Shown one piece after another: positions 1 through 11,007 of a DNA stretch of 64,000 nt. Position 1 is the stretch's first letter. Every line of letters begins with the position of its first letter. The DNA comes from Marsupella aquatica (lineage: Eukaryota > Plantae > Marchantiophyta). The stretch covers positions 3,058,430-3,122,429 of the forward strand of contig OZ316893.1 in the NCBI GenBank assembly GCA_973895155.1. The letters are read 5' to 3'. The notes under the pieces are model-generated. The model was not told the origin of the DNA, made no database searches, and worked only from the letters and a program-made list of their open reading frames with translations. The translations under genes were made by a program, and so were the position numbers.

Positions 1-445
1 TCAAAACAGTGCCATAACTAACAAAGGCCACCGTTTATGGCTAGGACATAAATCCTTACTGGCTACCTAATAGGGCGTGCTGTGAGAACTCCTAATAGGG
101 CGTGCTGTAACTCAGTCAAAGCTCAGGACATAAAGTGCTTTTATGGCCAAGTCAAAATCAATATGGGCAAACCAAAATACATACCTCGTAAGCATTTTAT
201 GTCCAAATTAACATTCATAGAGTAAGACTCTGCTTACGAGAGAACTTTGGCACGTTCGAATAACAAGCCCCATAAGAATCCTAAAGTTTTGGCTGAAAGG
301 TTTCGGCCCATAGGACTCTGCGCGCTGGTGGCGATTGTTTGACATGCCCTAATATATATGCACCTAAGGAGAAGACGGTAACTAGTTTATGAACTGGTGC
401 ACTTGTATGCTATAGAGCAGTCAAAGGCTGTATCTTTATCATACA

Positions 446-1273
446 CTAGCTCATTACCCTAGCTCATTACCCGTGCGTTGCACAAAAGATGGTGTGATAT
501 AAAAGATGTCAATGTACAAGATGCTATTGTGCAAAGATTTCATTGCATAAAAAAAGTTGTTGCAAAAAAGATATAGTTAATTTTATGGAGGAAAAGATGT
601 TGTTAAGTAACAAAAGTTGTGTGGTGAAAGACAAGATACTTGTGTAAAAGATGCCATTGCATACAAAAGATATCGTTCCACTAAAGCAATAGTTGTGTTT
701 AGGATTGTATAGCCTAAAAAATGTGACATAAAAGATCTCTTTGCACTAAGATGCCGGCTAAAATGTCATGATAGAAAAGACATTGTTAATTACCTGGCTA
801 AAAAAGATCAAAGGCATGCACTTGGGCATAAGCTAATTAAGTATAATTGCCCTTCAAGAAAAAAACAGGTGAGATTGGCCCACTTGACTCTCAAAATTGA
901 GTTGAGCTTATGTTTGTGGCAATGTCACAAATATTTGTCGTGGGGCTTTGCGTCACTGGTGCTACTTCAGTTTTAGTCAAATGTATCAAACAAAAATACT
1001 CAATATTGACCACTTTGGGGGCTTTGTGTAACTGGCGCAAAGTAGCCCTAGAGGTGGGAGGATCTAGAAGGAAAAATCCTCCTTGATACTCCCCTCCTCC
1101 TTCATACTCCCCCCTCCCTTTTCTCCCCTATCTCTTTTTCCTTTTTCCAGTTTTTTTTGTTTCTCCTTGCTTTGGTTCCTTAAAAAAACTGCAGAAAAGA
1201 CGACCACTGAAAAAATAGGTGGGACCTTGTACTATAGAAGTTAATATGCTCATCCATATATAATTATGATAGA
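446..1273 (-). mobile_element. Non-autonomous Helitron-like element
   Basis: Minus strand ends in TTTTGTGCAACGCACGGG-TAATGAG-CTAG|T (subterminal hairpin + CTAG; a 13-bp duplication gives two CTAGs, at 446 and 459). 5' end is TCTATCATAATTAT near 1273. Body has AAAAGAT-rich degenerate repeats; 1200-1250 matches 48405-48455 and the 3' end matches 58432-58462. Confidence 0.65.
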
Positions 1274-1750
1274 GTTTGTGGTATGTTTCTTTTAACTATG
1301 AGGTGCAGGTTCAAATGAAAAAATGCCCTCATCCGGCCTGTCATGATGGAGCAGCCACACAAAACTACTACTTGCTCAGAATATATGGAGTCCCCATGCC
1401 CGGGTATGCAACTCCCCTTTTTATAAGGCAAGTTTTTAATTCCTTATAATGGTCATATATCCAATTGACCATCTTAGATTTTATTTTAGTCTTCTAAAAT
1501 CCCCGCTAAAATCATGTACCTCTCAACATAAGGAATCCAAAAATGTAACTTAAAAAGAAAACCAAACATGTTTTGATGTACTAAAAGTTGATCAAAACCA
1601 AATTATATGGGTTTTTTTAATACAGGGGTAAAACTAGCCAGCTATTCAGGATTTTTATTAAAATTTTAAAAATCTTTTAATAAAAATTCCAGCATATGTA
1701 GGAATATTTTTTAATTTCATATGGAAAAGGAAGAAAACCAACCCTTTTAC

Positions 1751-3350
1751 ATGCCATGCCAATCTGGTTTTGTTTTGTGCTGGAGTTTGTGCACTTGGGG
1801 ACAATCATGGTCATTGCTGACCCTATCAGCGGGAGCAATGTGGCATCAATGCGCTGCCCATGTTTCAGGCCACACAGCTGCAAGGGCTGATTGGCTCATG
1901 GAGGAAACCTATAATTATATGGCAGTACCTAGAAAACCTTTTCTCTACCTCCATTTGCTGTGGAGGTCTTTGGTGCGCTACACACTTCATATGACCAATA
2001 TCTATGTTCTTGTGCAGTTATTGAGTGAAGGCCTTACCCCCTGATGACTGTTATCACGACTTTTGTTTAATGTAGATGGCGAGTGTGTTGCGCTTGAGTG
2101 GGCACATGCATTTACTATTCTTTGTAGGGTGAGGCGGTTTTTAGGGCCTCTGGTAGGATTCCCTTGCTTGACCCTAGTCGTGAAACTCAACTTCCTTAAC
2201 ACTTAGCTCCGGTGTCGCTGACTGCGATGCCAAGCTCCCCTATGGTCCAGGCCCGGAACGGCCATCCGGGGAGGACTAAGCATGGGGAGACTTGTGGGCA
2301 ATGAGGCGTGACACTGGCAAAGGCAAGGCGCTGAGCTGGTGACACACACTAAGGACTTAGACTAGCTGAGGGCAGGTCGGGTTGAAAAGCTCTCGAGGAG
2401 GACTACATCCTCCTGATCTAAGATAGTTTGGGGGATGTCGTTGGTGCTCAAGGTTTGCGGGTGCTATCTCATTCGCTTGCCAAATCCTGCCAAAATAGCA
2501 GCCAAGCTGCGTTCAGTCTCTCAAGGGAGCTTGCGTTGGGGAGGCAAGACCAAGTAGGCGTGGAGGTTGAGTTCCAATGGCACTTGTTCCCTAGACCATC
2601 GGTTGGACGAGAACCGGGTGTTGGTTGTTAGAGTCGGGGCCATTCTGGTCCCGTCATGTTGGGACAAGCTTGGGACAAGCTATGCTAATTGGGCCATGAG
2701 CATGTCCTGGGGGCAGGGCGGTCAATTGGTGATGGATAGGTAGGAGGGGGAACCCGGGTTGCGCCCAAGGAAGGAGCTATATATTTTGGACGAACAATGG
2801 GTGTCGGTTCTGGTTTCGGCTTATGGCATCGGGAGGACCTGTCGCTGACCTACTTACCAATGTCTATTGAGCTTGAGTAAGGATACTAGACTTGGGAAAG
2901 CTAGATCCTAAGGGGTTACTTACCGAGACGCTTGGTTGCTTGTGCAGACAGTGAGGACCGTTAAGTAGCGGTCGTGTTGGAGAGCAAGTGCGGCTTCGTA
3001 TGGGAGGGGCCACAAGCAATGCAAGGGGCACCAGGTTGGTTGCTTGAGGTATTCCGTGGACCATGGCGTTTGGGCACTAGGGGCACTTAGGCGTGGGTGC
3101 TGGGATTGGTGAGGGCGTTGGGTGGCTAGTTCCACCACTACCCCCCATGCAGTTCACAATGGAGCTCTACCAGGCTCTTCTTTGCCTACTAGGTGTGCTG
3201 ATAGTAGGCTTTGGGGCTTTTGGTTATTTTGTCGGATGTTGTAACTAGTAGTTGTTTTGTTTGTCATATGCTCTTACTAACTAGTAGTTGTTTTGTTTGG
3301 CCCTTTGGTTTTCCTCCCTTGCCCAAGGGATTATGTCGTATTATGTCTCA
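1751..3350 (+). mobile_element. Degenerate 3' part of a CRE-type (restriction-like endonuclease) non-LTR retrotransposon, interrupted by a TIR element
   Basis: Colinear with 27535-28110 (TGGAGGTCTTTGG/TGGAGATCTTTGG; GGATTCCCTTGCTTGACC; GAGCTCTACCAGGCTCTTC; TTGGCCCTTTGGTT). Remnant VEVFG endonuclease motif. Ends approximate. Confidence 0.6.
2175..3140. mobile_element. Non-autonomous TIR DNA transposon with TAGT...ACTA termini
   Basis: Left end TAGTCGTGAAACT; right end reverse complement TAGTGGTGGAACT; CCC on both flanks. The segment is absent from the paralogous CRE copy at ~27925-27940 (empty site). Confidence 0.65.
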
Positions 3351-3688
3351 CTTTTGTTAGCCCTTTGTGTTTTGGCAGTTTGAAACATAATTTTGGAAGT
3401 CAGAAGAATAGAGAAAATGTAAGGAATATGAATAAGAGGAATATGAGGGCTCTATGGGGAGTAATGAATGTATATTTTGGAAGATTTTGGAAATATGGCT
3501 TACATTTTTTTAAAAACATGTAGCACAATTTTTATTTTTTCTCAAGCCATGCCAAGATCACTTTTCAATCAAGATGGAAGAAGTTAAGTACAATGGCAAG
3601 AAAAATGGAGAAAATTACAAAGGGATTTTAATTATCCACAATAAAAAGTATAAAAGAGTATTTCTATGCTTTAAAATCAATAGACACT

Positions 3689-6600
3689 GCTTCCTATTTC
3701 GAACCTTACTACCATGTACTCAAGGGTTTGCAGCTACAGGAGATGGAAAATATGCCCTTCTCTCGATATCTGCTTCACTTGGAACGCAGGGCAAGCGTAC
3801 CATCATATTTGCACCAACGTCTCTTCGGAAGGGGAGGAAATGAAAAGGATCTGCTGGAATCCAAGATTCACGAATGCATTGATGCCATGGGGGTTAAAAT
3901 AGTAACCGATTTGATGCTTGATGGAATGGCAACCCGGGAGCAGAGGCGGAGTTTGTTCTTGATAGATCGACCGCACAGCAGGTCAATGGACACACTAATT
4001 GTACAATAATGGCTGACTGAGATCGATCCTCACTTGGCTCAGCACTTCGTAACAATTGATCGAGACGACTATTTGTCAGTGGACTGGTTTGAAACTGCAA
4101 CTAGATGGTCTGCTGAGAAGCCGTTGAGGGGTCGAATGAAGCTCCTGCCGAAATCCGAGGCTCACGAAGACAGGGAGTGGATGCAAGTACGGCGACAAGG
4201 ACATCCAGGTCCCTGGCAAGATGCCGGGCTTCAACACTATCCGGATGACATCTCTTCAACAATTGGAACTCATTGAGCCGGACGAGGATCCCGATGATGA
4301 TGGGAATGGTCGGAGGCTTGACATTCGTGAAGGGCAGCCAATCGATGGTGTAGACTTTGCAGATGGAGTTCCCATCGAAGATGCGGTTCGCTTGGCTCCG
4401 GATATATGGCAACTGACTCTCCCGCAACGAATGATGTTGCATGACTATTGGCTGGAGGAGAAAAGGAAGCTCCACGTACAGGAGTTGAGTATTCTGATCG
4501 AGAGACAAATACGAGGAGGCGTGCAAGGGCGTCAACGAAGTAGACAATGAGATCAAACTTTCCCTGTTGCGGAACGCGAAGGTCGTTGGGATGACCACAG
4601 CAGCAGCTGCCAAGAACCACGATGTGCTGAAGTCCTTGAAGCTTGAGATTGTCATTGTCGAGGAAGCAGCAGAAGTTCTTGAGGCCATATTTTGGCTTGC
4701 ATCAGCCCGTCTGTTAAGCACTTGATATTGATTGGCGACCATTTGCAGCTACAACCATCAGTGTAAGTCTACAAGCTAGGCACAAAGAACAAATTAGAGG
4801 TGTCTATGTTCGAACGTCTCGTCAGGAGTGGCAGAATGAGACCCAACATCTCGAAATTGGTGAGAAGTCTTTATCCTGGATCGCGAGATCACTAGTCAGT
4901 AGCTGAGTATGGAGACGTATCAGGAATGAAATCGAATGTCTTCTTCTTTGATCACAAGGCAGAGGAGGATGACAGTGGGACTGCTGGAAGCAAAGTCAAT
5001 TCTACAGAGGGTAAGCTTGTTGTGGAGCTCTGTTAATTTGTACCTCTTGAATCAAGGTTGCTATAAACCAGAGAACATTGCCATACTTTCCATGTACGCG
5101 GGTCAGTTGGAAGAAATTAAGGGGCTTCTTCAACCAAAGATTCTCAGCAGGTTTTGTGTCAATGCACTTGGAGCTGAGCAGCCGTGCCAAGATCCAGGAG
5201 CAGCAGAAATCAACCGTCTTCCTCGTGTCAGCAGCGTAGATGACTATCAAGGTGAAGAAAGCGATATCATAATCTTGTCACTGGTGCGAAGCAATTCCAC
5301 TGTCACCAAGGACGGAGTAGGGAAGATAGGATTTTTGAATGTTTCCAATAGGATATGTGTGGCCTTAAGGAGGGCCAGAGAAGGTTTGTTCATCGATCTC
5401 GGGGTTCATCTTCAGGAACGCTGATCTCCTAGCCGAAAAAAGCCAAATGTGGAATGACGTGACAACCAGCATGCAGAACAGTGGAGAGCTTGGTTCAGAG
5501 CTGGAATTGTATTGCCAGAACCACCCTGAGACCATAACGAGGATTTCAACAGCGGAGGATCTCAAGCACGTGGAAGATGGAGGTTGCAGTTTGACTTGCG
5601 ACTTTCAATTCGCTTGTGGGCATGCGTGTCCCAGGCGCTGCCATCCCGGATCCCACGATCTGATCTTATGTCCTAAGCCTTGCACGATGAGTGTAGTCAC
5701 TCATGCAGACTTCGATGCTATGGATCATCCGAAGATTGCCCTCCTTGCAAAGTAATTGTCACAAAGAAGATGCTACACTGAGCATGAGCAAGGAGTGGAA
5801 TACCTCACGGACGAAGTATGCCGCAGTTTCTGTGGAAAGAATCTCCAATGCGGCCACATGTGTGAAATGATGCGCGGAAGGCCATGCATGCACAGAATTA
5901 TGTAACGAGAAAGTACTGAAAGTTCTGCCATGTGGGCACGTACTCCATCAGGATGGCGTGTCACCAAGACCCAACGACCTTCTCCTGTGACAAGCCATGT
6001 GAAGCATTTCTCCCAGAATGCCAGCACCAATGTCAAGGGAGTTGCGGGAAGTGTAAACGAGGCGAAGTTCACATCCCATGCAAGCAAAAATGTGGCCGCA
6101 TCCTTCCATGTGGTCATCCTTGCGAATCTGGGTGCTCTCTAAGCTGTCCTCCATGTCGGAAAAAATGCCAGAAGAGGTGTTTCCACAGCCGGTGCTCGCA
6201 ACCATGTGGAAATTTATGTACACCTTGTCGGGAACCATGCTCATGGCAGTGCCAGCATCACAAGTGCGAGAAAATGTGTTACGAAATCTGCACCAGACTC
6301 CGGTGCAACCGTCCGTGTCCTAAATTTGTTCCCAAGTGTGGTCATCGCTGTATCGGACTGTGTGGGGAACGGTGTCCCAAGAAATGCCGAGTTTGTCATC
6401 CCAAGACTCTGGACATCATAACGAGAATGACTCTCGAAGAGTACCAAGCATCTGATAGGTTTGTCCAACTTCAAGACTGTGGTCATATTTTCGAGTTTAG
6501 CGGCCTTGACACTTGGATGGAGGCCAATGAATCGGCTCAGGTCGACGGCTCTGTGGCTATCAAATTGAAGGAATGGTACGTACATTTTGCTTTGCCTTGG

Positions 6601-7640
6601 GATCTATCGTGTATCACCTTCCCTGGAAAATGCTTCGTGAATTAATTGAATGTTGAACGTAAGAGTTCCTCGATTCTCTACGAGCAATTGGCAATTGACC
6701 TCCCTAGCCTGTGCAATCATATGCACACCGTATGCACATATTAAATGACGTCCCAAATTATTTTCCTTGGAATCGTCCCAAATTATTTTGCAGCCCCGAG
6801 TGCAGAACTTTAGTTTGGAGAACGCACAGGTACTCCAACGTGGTAAAACCTAATCATTGTCAAGTGGAGGCTGTGAAGGAGAAGATGCTTGGACACGACC
6901 TTGCGAGAAAGGGCGTATCACATGCATGGGAGCAATATATGCTTTCCACCAAGCATTGCAGCAGAACCCCGACTTGATGGAAGCTCTACTCGGAATTGGG
7001 AGTGCATTCTTCCCAGAAGGTGAATATGAGAGGGCAATCACTCACCTAAGTCTGCTAGTTGAGTGGAGCTCATTTGCATCTTCTCTAGTAAAGCACATCG
7101 AAAGTGCTCGTGCACTAGGCAATGCTTACAGCCTCCTTAAGAAGCACTACCGTAAGCCATCACGCAGAGCTGATGATTCGATTGCGATTCAAGCGGTGGT
7201 GCCATGGGCGTCAGCTCTTACGCTAAGGAAAGAATTTACCAGCGCGGTAGAACTCTGCGACGCACTACTGGGGGGAGATCCTCACAACGGGCTGGCAAAA
7301 GAGATCAGGGAGAGGTGCAGCTTGTGGTGCAAGCCATGGCAGCGGACGTAGGAGGGCGAGGACATTGGTATACTTGTCCCAATGGTCATTTATACACCAT
7401 TGGGGAGTGTGGAGGAGCCATGCAACTTTCAAAGTGCCCTGACTGCAAGCAGATGTGGGAGGGGAACAGCATCGACTCACAGCAGACAACAAGTACTCCA
7501 ACATTAACGGATCTGAGAGAGCTGCGTGGCCTGGCAATGGAACCTACTCGAAATTGGACGATCGACGTGTCACGTTTATGTTTGTGACAAGGTACACCTC
7601 GTGGACAAAATGCACATCAAGCATAATCGGACGCGCTTGA
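3689..7640 (+). pseudogene. ZNFX1: ZNFX1-like SF1 (UPF1-like) RNA helicase with NF-X1 zinc fingers, TPR segment and C-terminal RZ finger; 5'-truncated, multiple stops/frameshifts
   Basis: Motifs spread across frames: FEPYYHVLKGLQ, VVGMTTAAAA, IVIVEEAAEVLE, LIGDHLQLQP, SMFERL, RMRPNIS, VSSVDDYQGEESDIIILSLVRSN, NRICVALRRAREGLF; Cys-rich NF-X1 repeats 5580-6400; FVQLQDCGHIF; GT-AG intron ~6576-6793; GHWYTCPNGHLYTIGECGGAMQLSKCPDC (RZ finger). In-frame stops e.g. ~4764 and ~4892; Walker A not found. Confidence 0.9.
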
Positions 7641-8228
7641 TATACTTGATAGTACAGACGAATTAAGAGTTTTGCCATTGAAAACTGGTCGGTGAAGAGC
7701 GGCTTTTGACGTTCCTTTTGAGCAATCTTCAGTCGGACTATATGTACTGGAAAATGCTCGCTGTTCTTGTAGCTTAATATATATACTTAGCGAGAATAAC
7801 ACAATGAACAGTGAAGTGAGTAAAGTGATCCTAGTGAGGAAATGGCACAGCACCGGCATAAGAAGCTGCTAATCGGACCGTAAGTAAATCTAACGGTAAT
7901 CACAGATATATACACGCCTGCCCGGATAACACCGGGACAGGGGAGAGACTACCCAGTAACAAGCCAGTGGGCGATGGAAACGGATGAACGCAGAAAGGAA
8001 CTCAAGACATACTTCCTGAATCATGGCCATTATTGTAACAATCTCTCAGCAGCTTGAGAAAGGCAACTTAAAAGTTCAGAACACAGTAGTGTACTTCCAT
8101 CGTCGTGACGACTCTAAGGAACTGGAGAGTGTAATTCACAAGTTCCGAACAGAGTAGTGTCCAGAAAGGAAAACGCACGGTTGGACCCAACTGTATAGAT
8201 GTAACGGCAAGGATCGCGCGATGGTACC

Positions 8229-8433
8229 AGGAAAAACTCAATGGTCCTTCCCTGTTCCATCGGTAGAGAAGATCGTTTAACGGAAAATCTCAGTGAGCTT
8301 CAGCATTACGTAATCAAAGTCATTGGACACGAGGAAAAACTCTAATGGTCCTTCCCTGTTCCATCGGTAGAGAAGATCGTTTAACGGAAATTCTCAGTGA
8401 GCTTCAGCATTACGTAATCAAAGTCATTGGACA
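8229..8433. repeat. ~103-bp tandem duplication
   Basis: AGGAAAAACTC(T)AATGGTCCTTCCCTGTTCCATCGG...GTCATTGGACA occurs twice, near-identical. Confidence 0.9.
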
Positions 8434-9076
8434 GAATCCGTCACAACTTTTCACAAAGCAATTTCTTCACACCATCAAACTGAAGGTAAATTTAAATTAC
8501 GCATACATTTATGTACACAGAACCGTGGAACTTGCAGCGGAACTCACAGCCTTGGCCTAAGGAGTAACAACTTGCACCGGAACTCACAGCCTTCGCCAAA
8601 GGAGTAACATTTGAAGGCAAGATTTCTCCTCCGAACAAAACCGTATCCCGTTTCATTATTCAATGAAAAGAAACAAGAAACAGGCTCACAGAGGGCTGCC
8701 AAGTTTATTATGAATGCGCCAGTATTGATCGATCGCATCTATTTATTCTTCTGCAACCTATAACAATTTTGGATATTGCCCAAATATGCAACCTCAACTC
8801 GAGGCGCTAAATAGAAGAACTACGTTAATTGAGATACCTCAAGTGTCTGCCAACGTTTTGCCTCAAGTGTAGCACACATCTTGCCAGATCCAACCAATAA
8901 TATCATTATCTTTTTCGCCTAACACATCTTACTAGGTAGCTACGACCCCACCCCGTAACACATATCTGCTCATCAAACATGTATATATGGAAACTTGTTT
9001 CACAGCCGAAAACGTCCAACTCTGTGCGCATCTGGTGCACGAGGAGAACTGACCACCATCAATTCCGATCTGGCAC

Positions 9077-9475
9077 CTAAAAAGCCGAACCTATCCAGGT
9101 AACACAATCAGGTAAGCCATTGCAATTGCAATTGTACTGGCATTCGGTGGTCCCAAAACTGTTGCTGAAGCCTGGACGCGCGAAATTCACGGTTTCTGAT
9201 ATATAACCGTCTGCATCAGGCTCACCAAAATCAAGAGATACAGAATAACCGGACGACCCACAGTCCATCTGAAGTGTGCTACCTGCCCCACTCCACGCCA
9301 CGGCTGAAAGAGTGCACACACCTATCAGGGAATTGTCATCCACTTGCGCATCAAAGAGTGTAGGGAAGCTACTGTAAGCGGTAGAGTAGATACTCGCTGT
9401 GCAGTTGGCAGTCCCCACAAAATAGAGGAGGAGCACAGAGCCATAGGCCCAGAGGGCAAAACCCGAAACGGCCAT
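9077..9475 (-). CDS. Small secreted Cys-containing protein (132 aa), unknown family
   Basis: Intronless ORF with gccATGG context, hydrophobic signal-peptide-like N-terminus, 7 Cys, and a TATA-like TATATAA ~160 bp upstream. A decayed paralogue at 22330-22579 conserves its motifs. Confidence 0.75.
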   Translation of the reverse strand: MAVSGFALWAYGSVLLLYFVGTANCTASIYSTAYSSFPTLFDAQVDDNSLIGVCTLSAVAWSGAGSTLQMDCGSSGYSVSLDFGEPDADGYISETVNFARPGFSNSFGTTECQYNCNCNGLPDCVTWIGSAF

Positions 9476-10641
9476 GGCAGACTCAAGCGCTCGCTGTTGG
9501 AAAAGCGAAATGATGCAGACTAGTAAAAGCAGTGCATCGCGGTGGAGAAGCAGCAGCGAGCATCAAAATCTAGGGTACAATGGGAGTCAGGAATGATAAC
9601 TTACTATTCATGAACATACAGCTCCTTATAGTTATATATCGTCCGCCCTTGAATATGTGATCCACCTTGCCACCGACAAACCTATGCAGCGCCTCCGTTT
9701 GTCCCAAAGTGAGGCCGGGTTATCCACGGATATTCGCTACCACTGTAGAGGATATTCGTGCCCACCAAATGCCTTCACGAAAATCTTAACAGAGTTTTCG
9801 TCCTTCCCAAAAGGATACATGGATAACTGGTTCTCTGTAGTTATTGCACAAGTACTCCATCTTTGATCACAAGAAGGTCACGGAAACATAAGGTCCGCTG
9901 AATATGCGAACGGAGATGCCTTCCCACTGAGCCTCCCCATGAACTCAAAATCTAGACTACATCAATTCTTACAGGTTCCCAGACTACATGTTAAACTCTC
10001 AGTGGAATTTGTTGAATCAGACATATCTTCCGATGAATATTCTTCATGTGGTGGAAGATCTGAGCTTCGTAAACAACGTGGATGGAAGCGCTGAGGCGCA
10101 ACAATGATGTCACAAGTTCTTGACAGCTGTGTCAATTCTAAACACTTGACAACAGTTTGTCTTTGAGCAACTCGGGATTTTACGGTAAAACGACAACCAT
10201 AGGTTCGGCCATTATCTCTCGTACGATCGGAAAAGATCCCGAACGTACTCCAATGTACGTTAAACGAAAAAGCGACAAGTCATCGCTAAGATACCAAGTA
10301 TTACTTTGGCAGCAACAAAGCAGGAGACATGACTAAACCCTCGTTAGGCAACGAAAGAACAGAGGGAGAGAACACGGTCTCGTCGTTTGGGAAAGAAAGA
10401 ACACAGATAGAGAAGAGTACCGTCCCGTGTTTGAAAATCCTTTCAGTAAGACTTAAGAAGACTAGAAAAACTAAAAGAAATACAGAGTTCCATGACTGGA
10501 GACCGTTTGGTCACAAAGGAATGCAAATTTCCTCGTAACAAGTATGTATCAGGATGGCCGTTACTGTGTCGACCTATGTGTGCAATATATATCAGATGGA
10601 GTTGACTGGTGTTGGCAGCTGTGAAACTTAGCATATATACA

Positions 10642-10944
10642 TGTTGGAATTTGTCAGTCCTGTCCGTTGCTGACTCCCTTTGGCTCATTGTCGGGAGTTG
10701 TTACTCTACTGGCTGTCTCGGACTCGCTGCCGTAGTCGGTAGGCAGTCTTCCCTAGATCCGTTTCGGGATCAGTCTGACTGCGCCACACTTAGCACAGTC
10801 CTAACCATAATTAGTTAGTCTGATCCCGGGATTATCCCTGTCGGCTGCTTGCCGCTGGCGCCTACTTGCGCCCTCACTTAAGCTGTATATAATGAGCCTC
10901 AGCGCTCCCGATTAATTAAGTTTCACACATTGAAAACTTCCACA
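10642..10944 (+). repeat. 5' LTR of copia element
   Basis: TGTTGGAA...TTCCACA; TATA-like TGTATATAAT at ~10884. Confidence 0.97.
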
Positions 10945-10956
10945 TGGTATCAGAGC
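10945..10956 (+). promoter_or_regulatory. Primer binding site (tRNA-iMet)
   Basis: TGGTATCAGAGC immediately after the 5' LTR. Confidence 0.95.
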
Positions 10957-11007
10957 TTTGCTCCGGGAACCCTCATACTCATACTGATAGAGTAAGCGGT
11001 AATCACC

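Noticed and set aside
1-351. Possible hAT end (reverse complement TAGGGCATGTC) with a 25-bp tandem at 66-108
   Set aside because: Partner TIR and TSD would lie outside the window; cannot be supported.
4101-4742. 213-aa minus-strand ORF
   Set aside because: Shadow of the ZNFX1 helicase frame.
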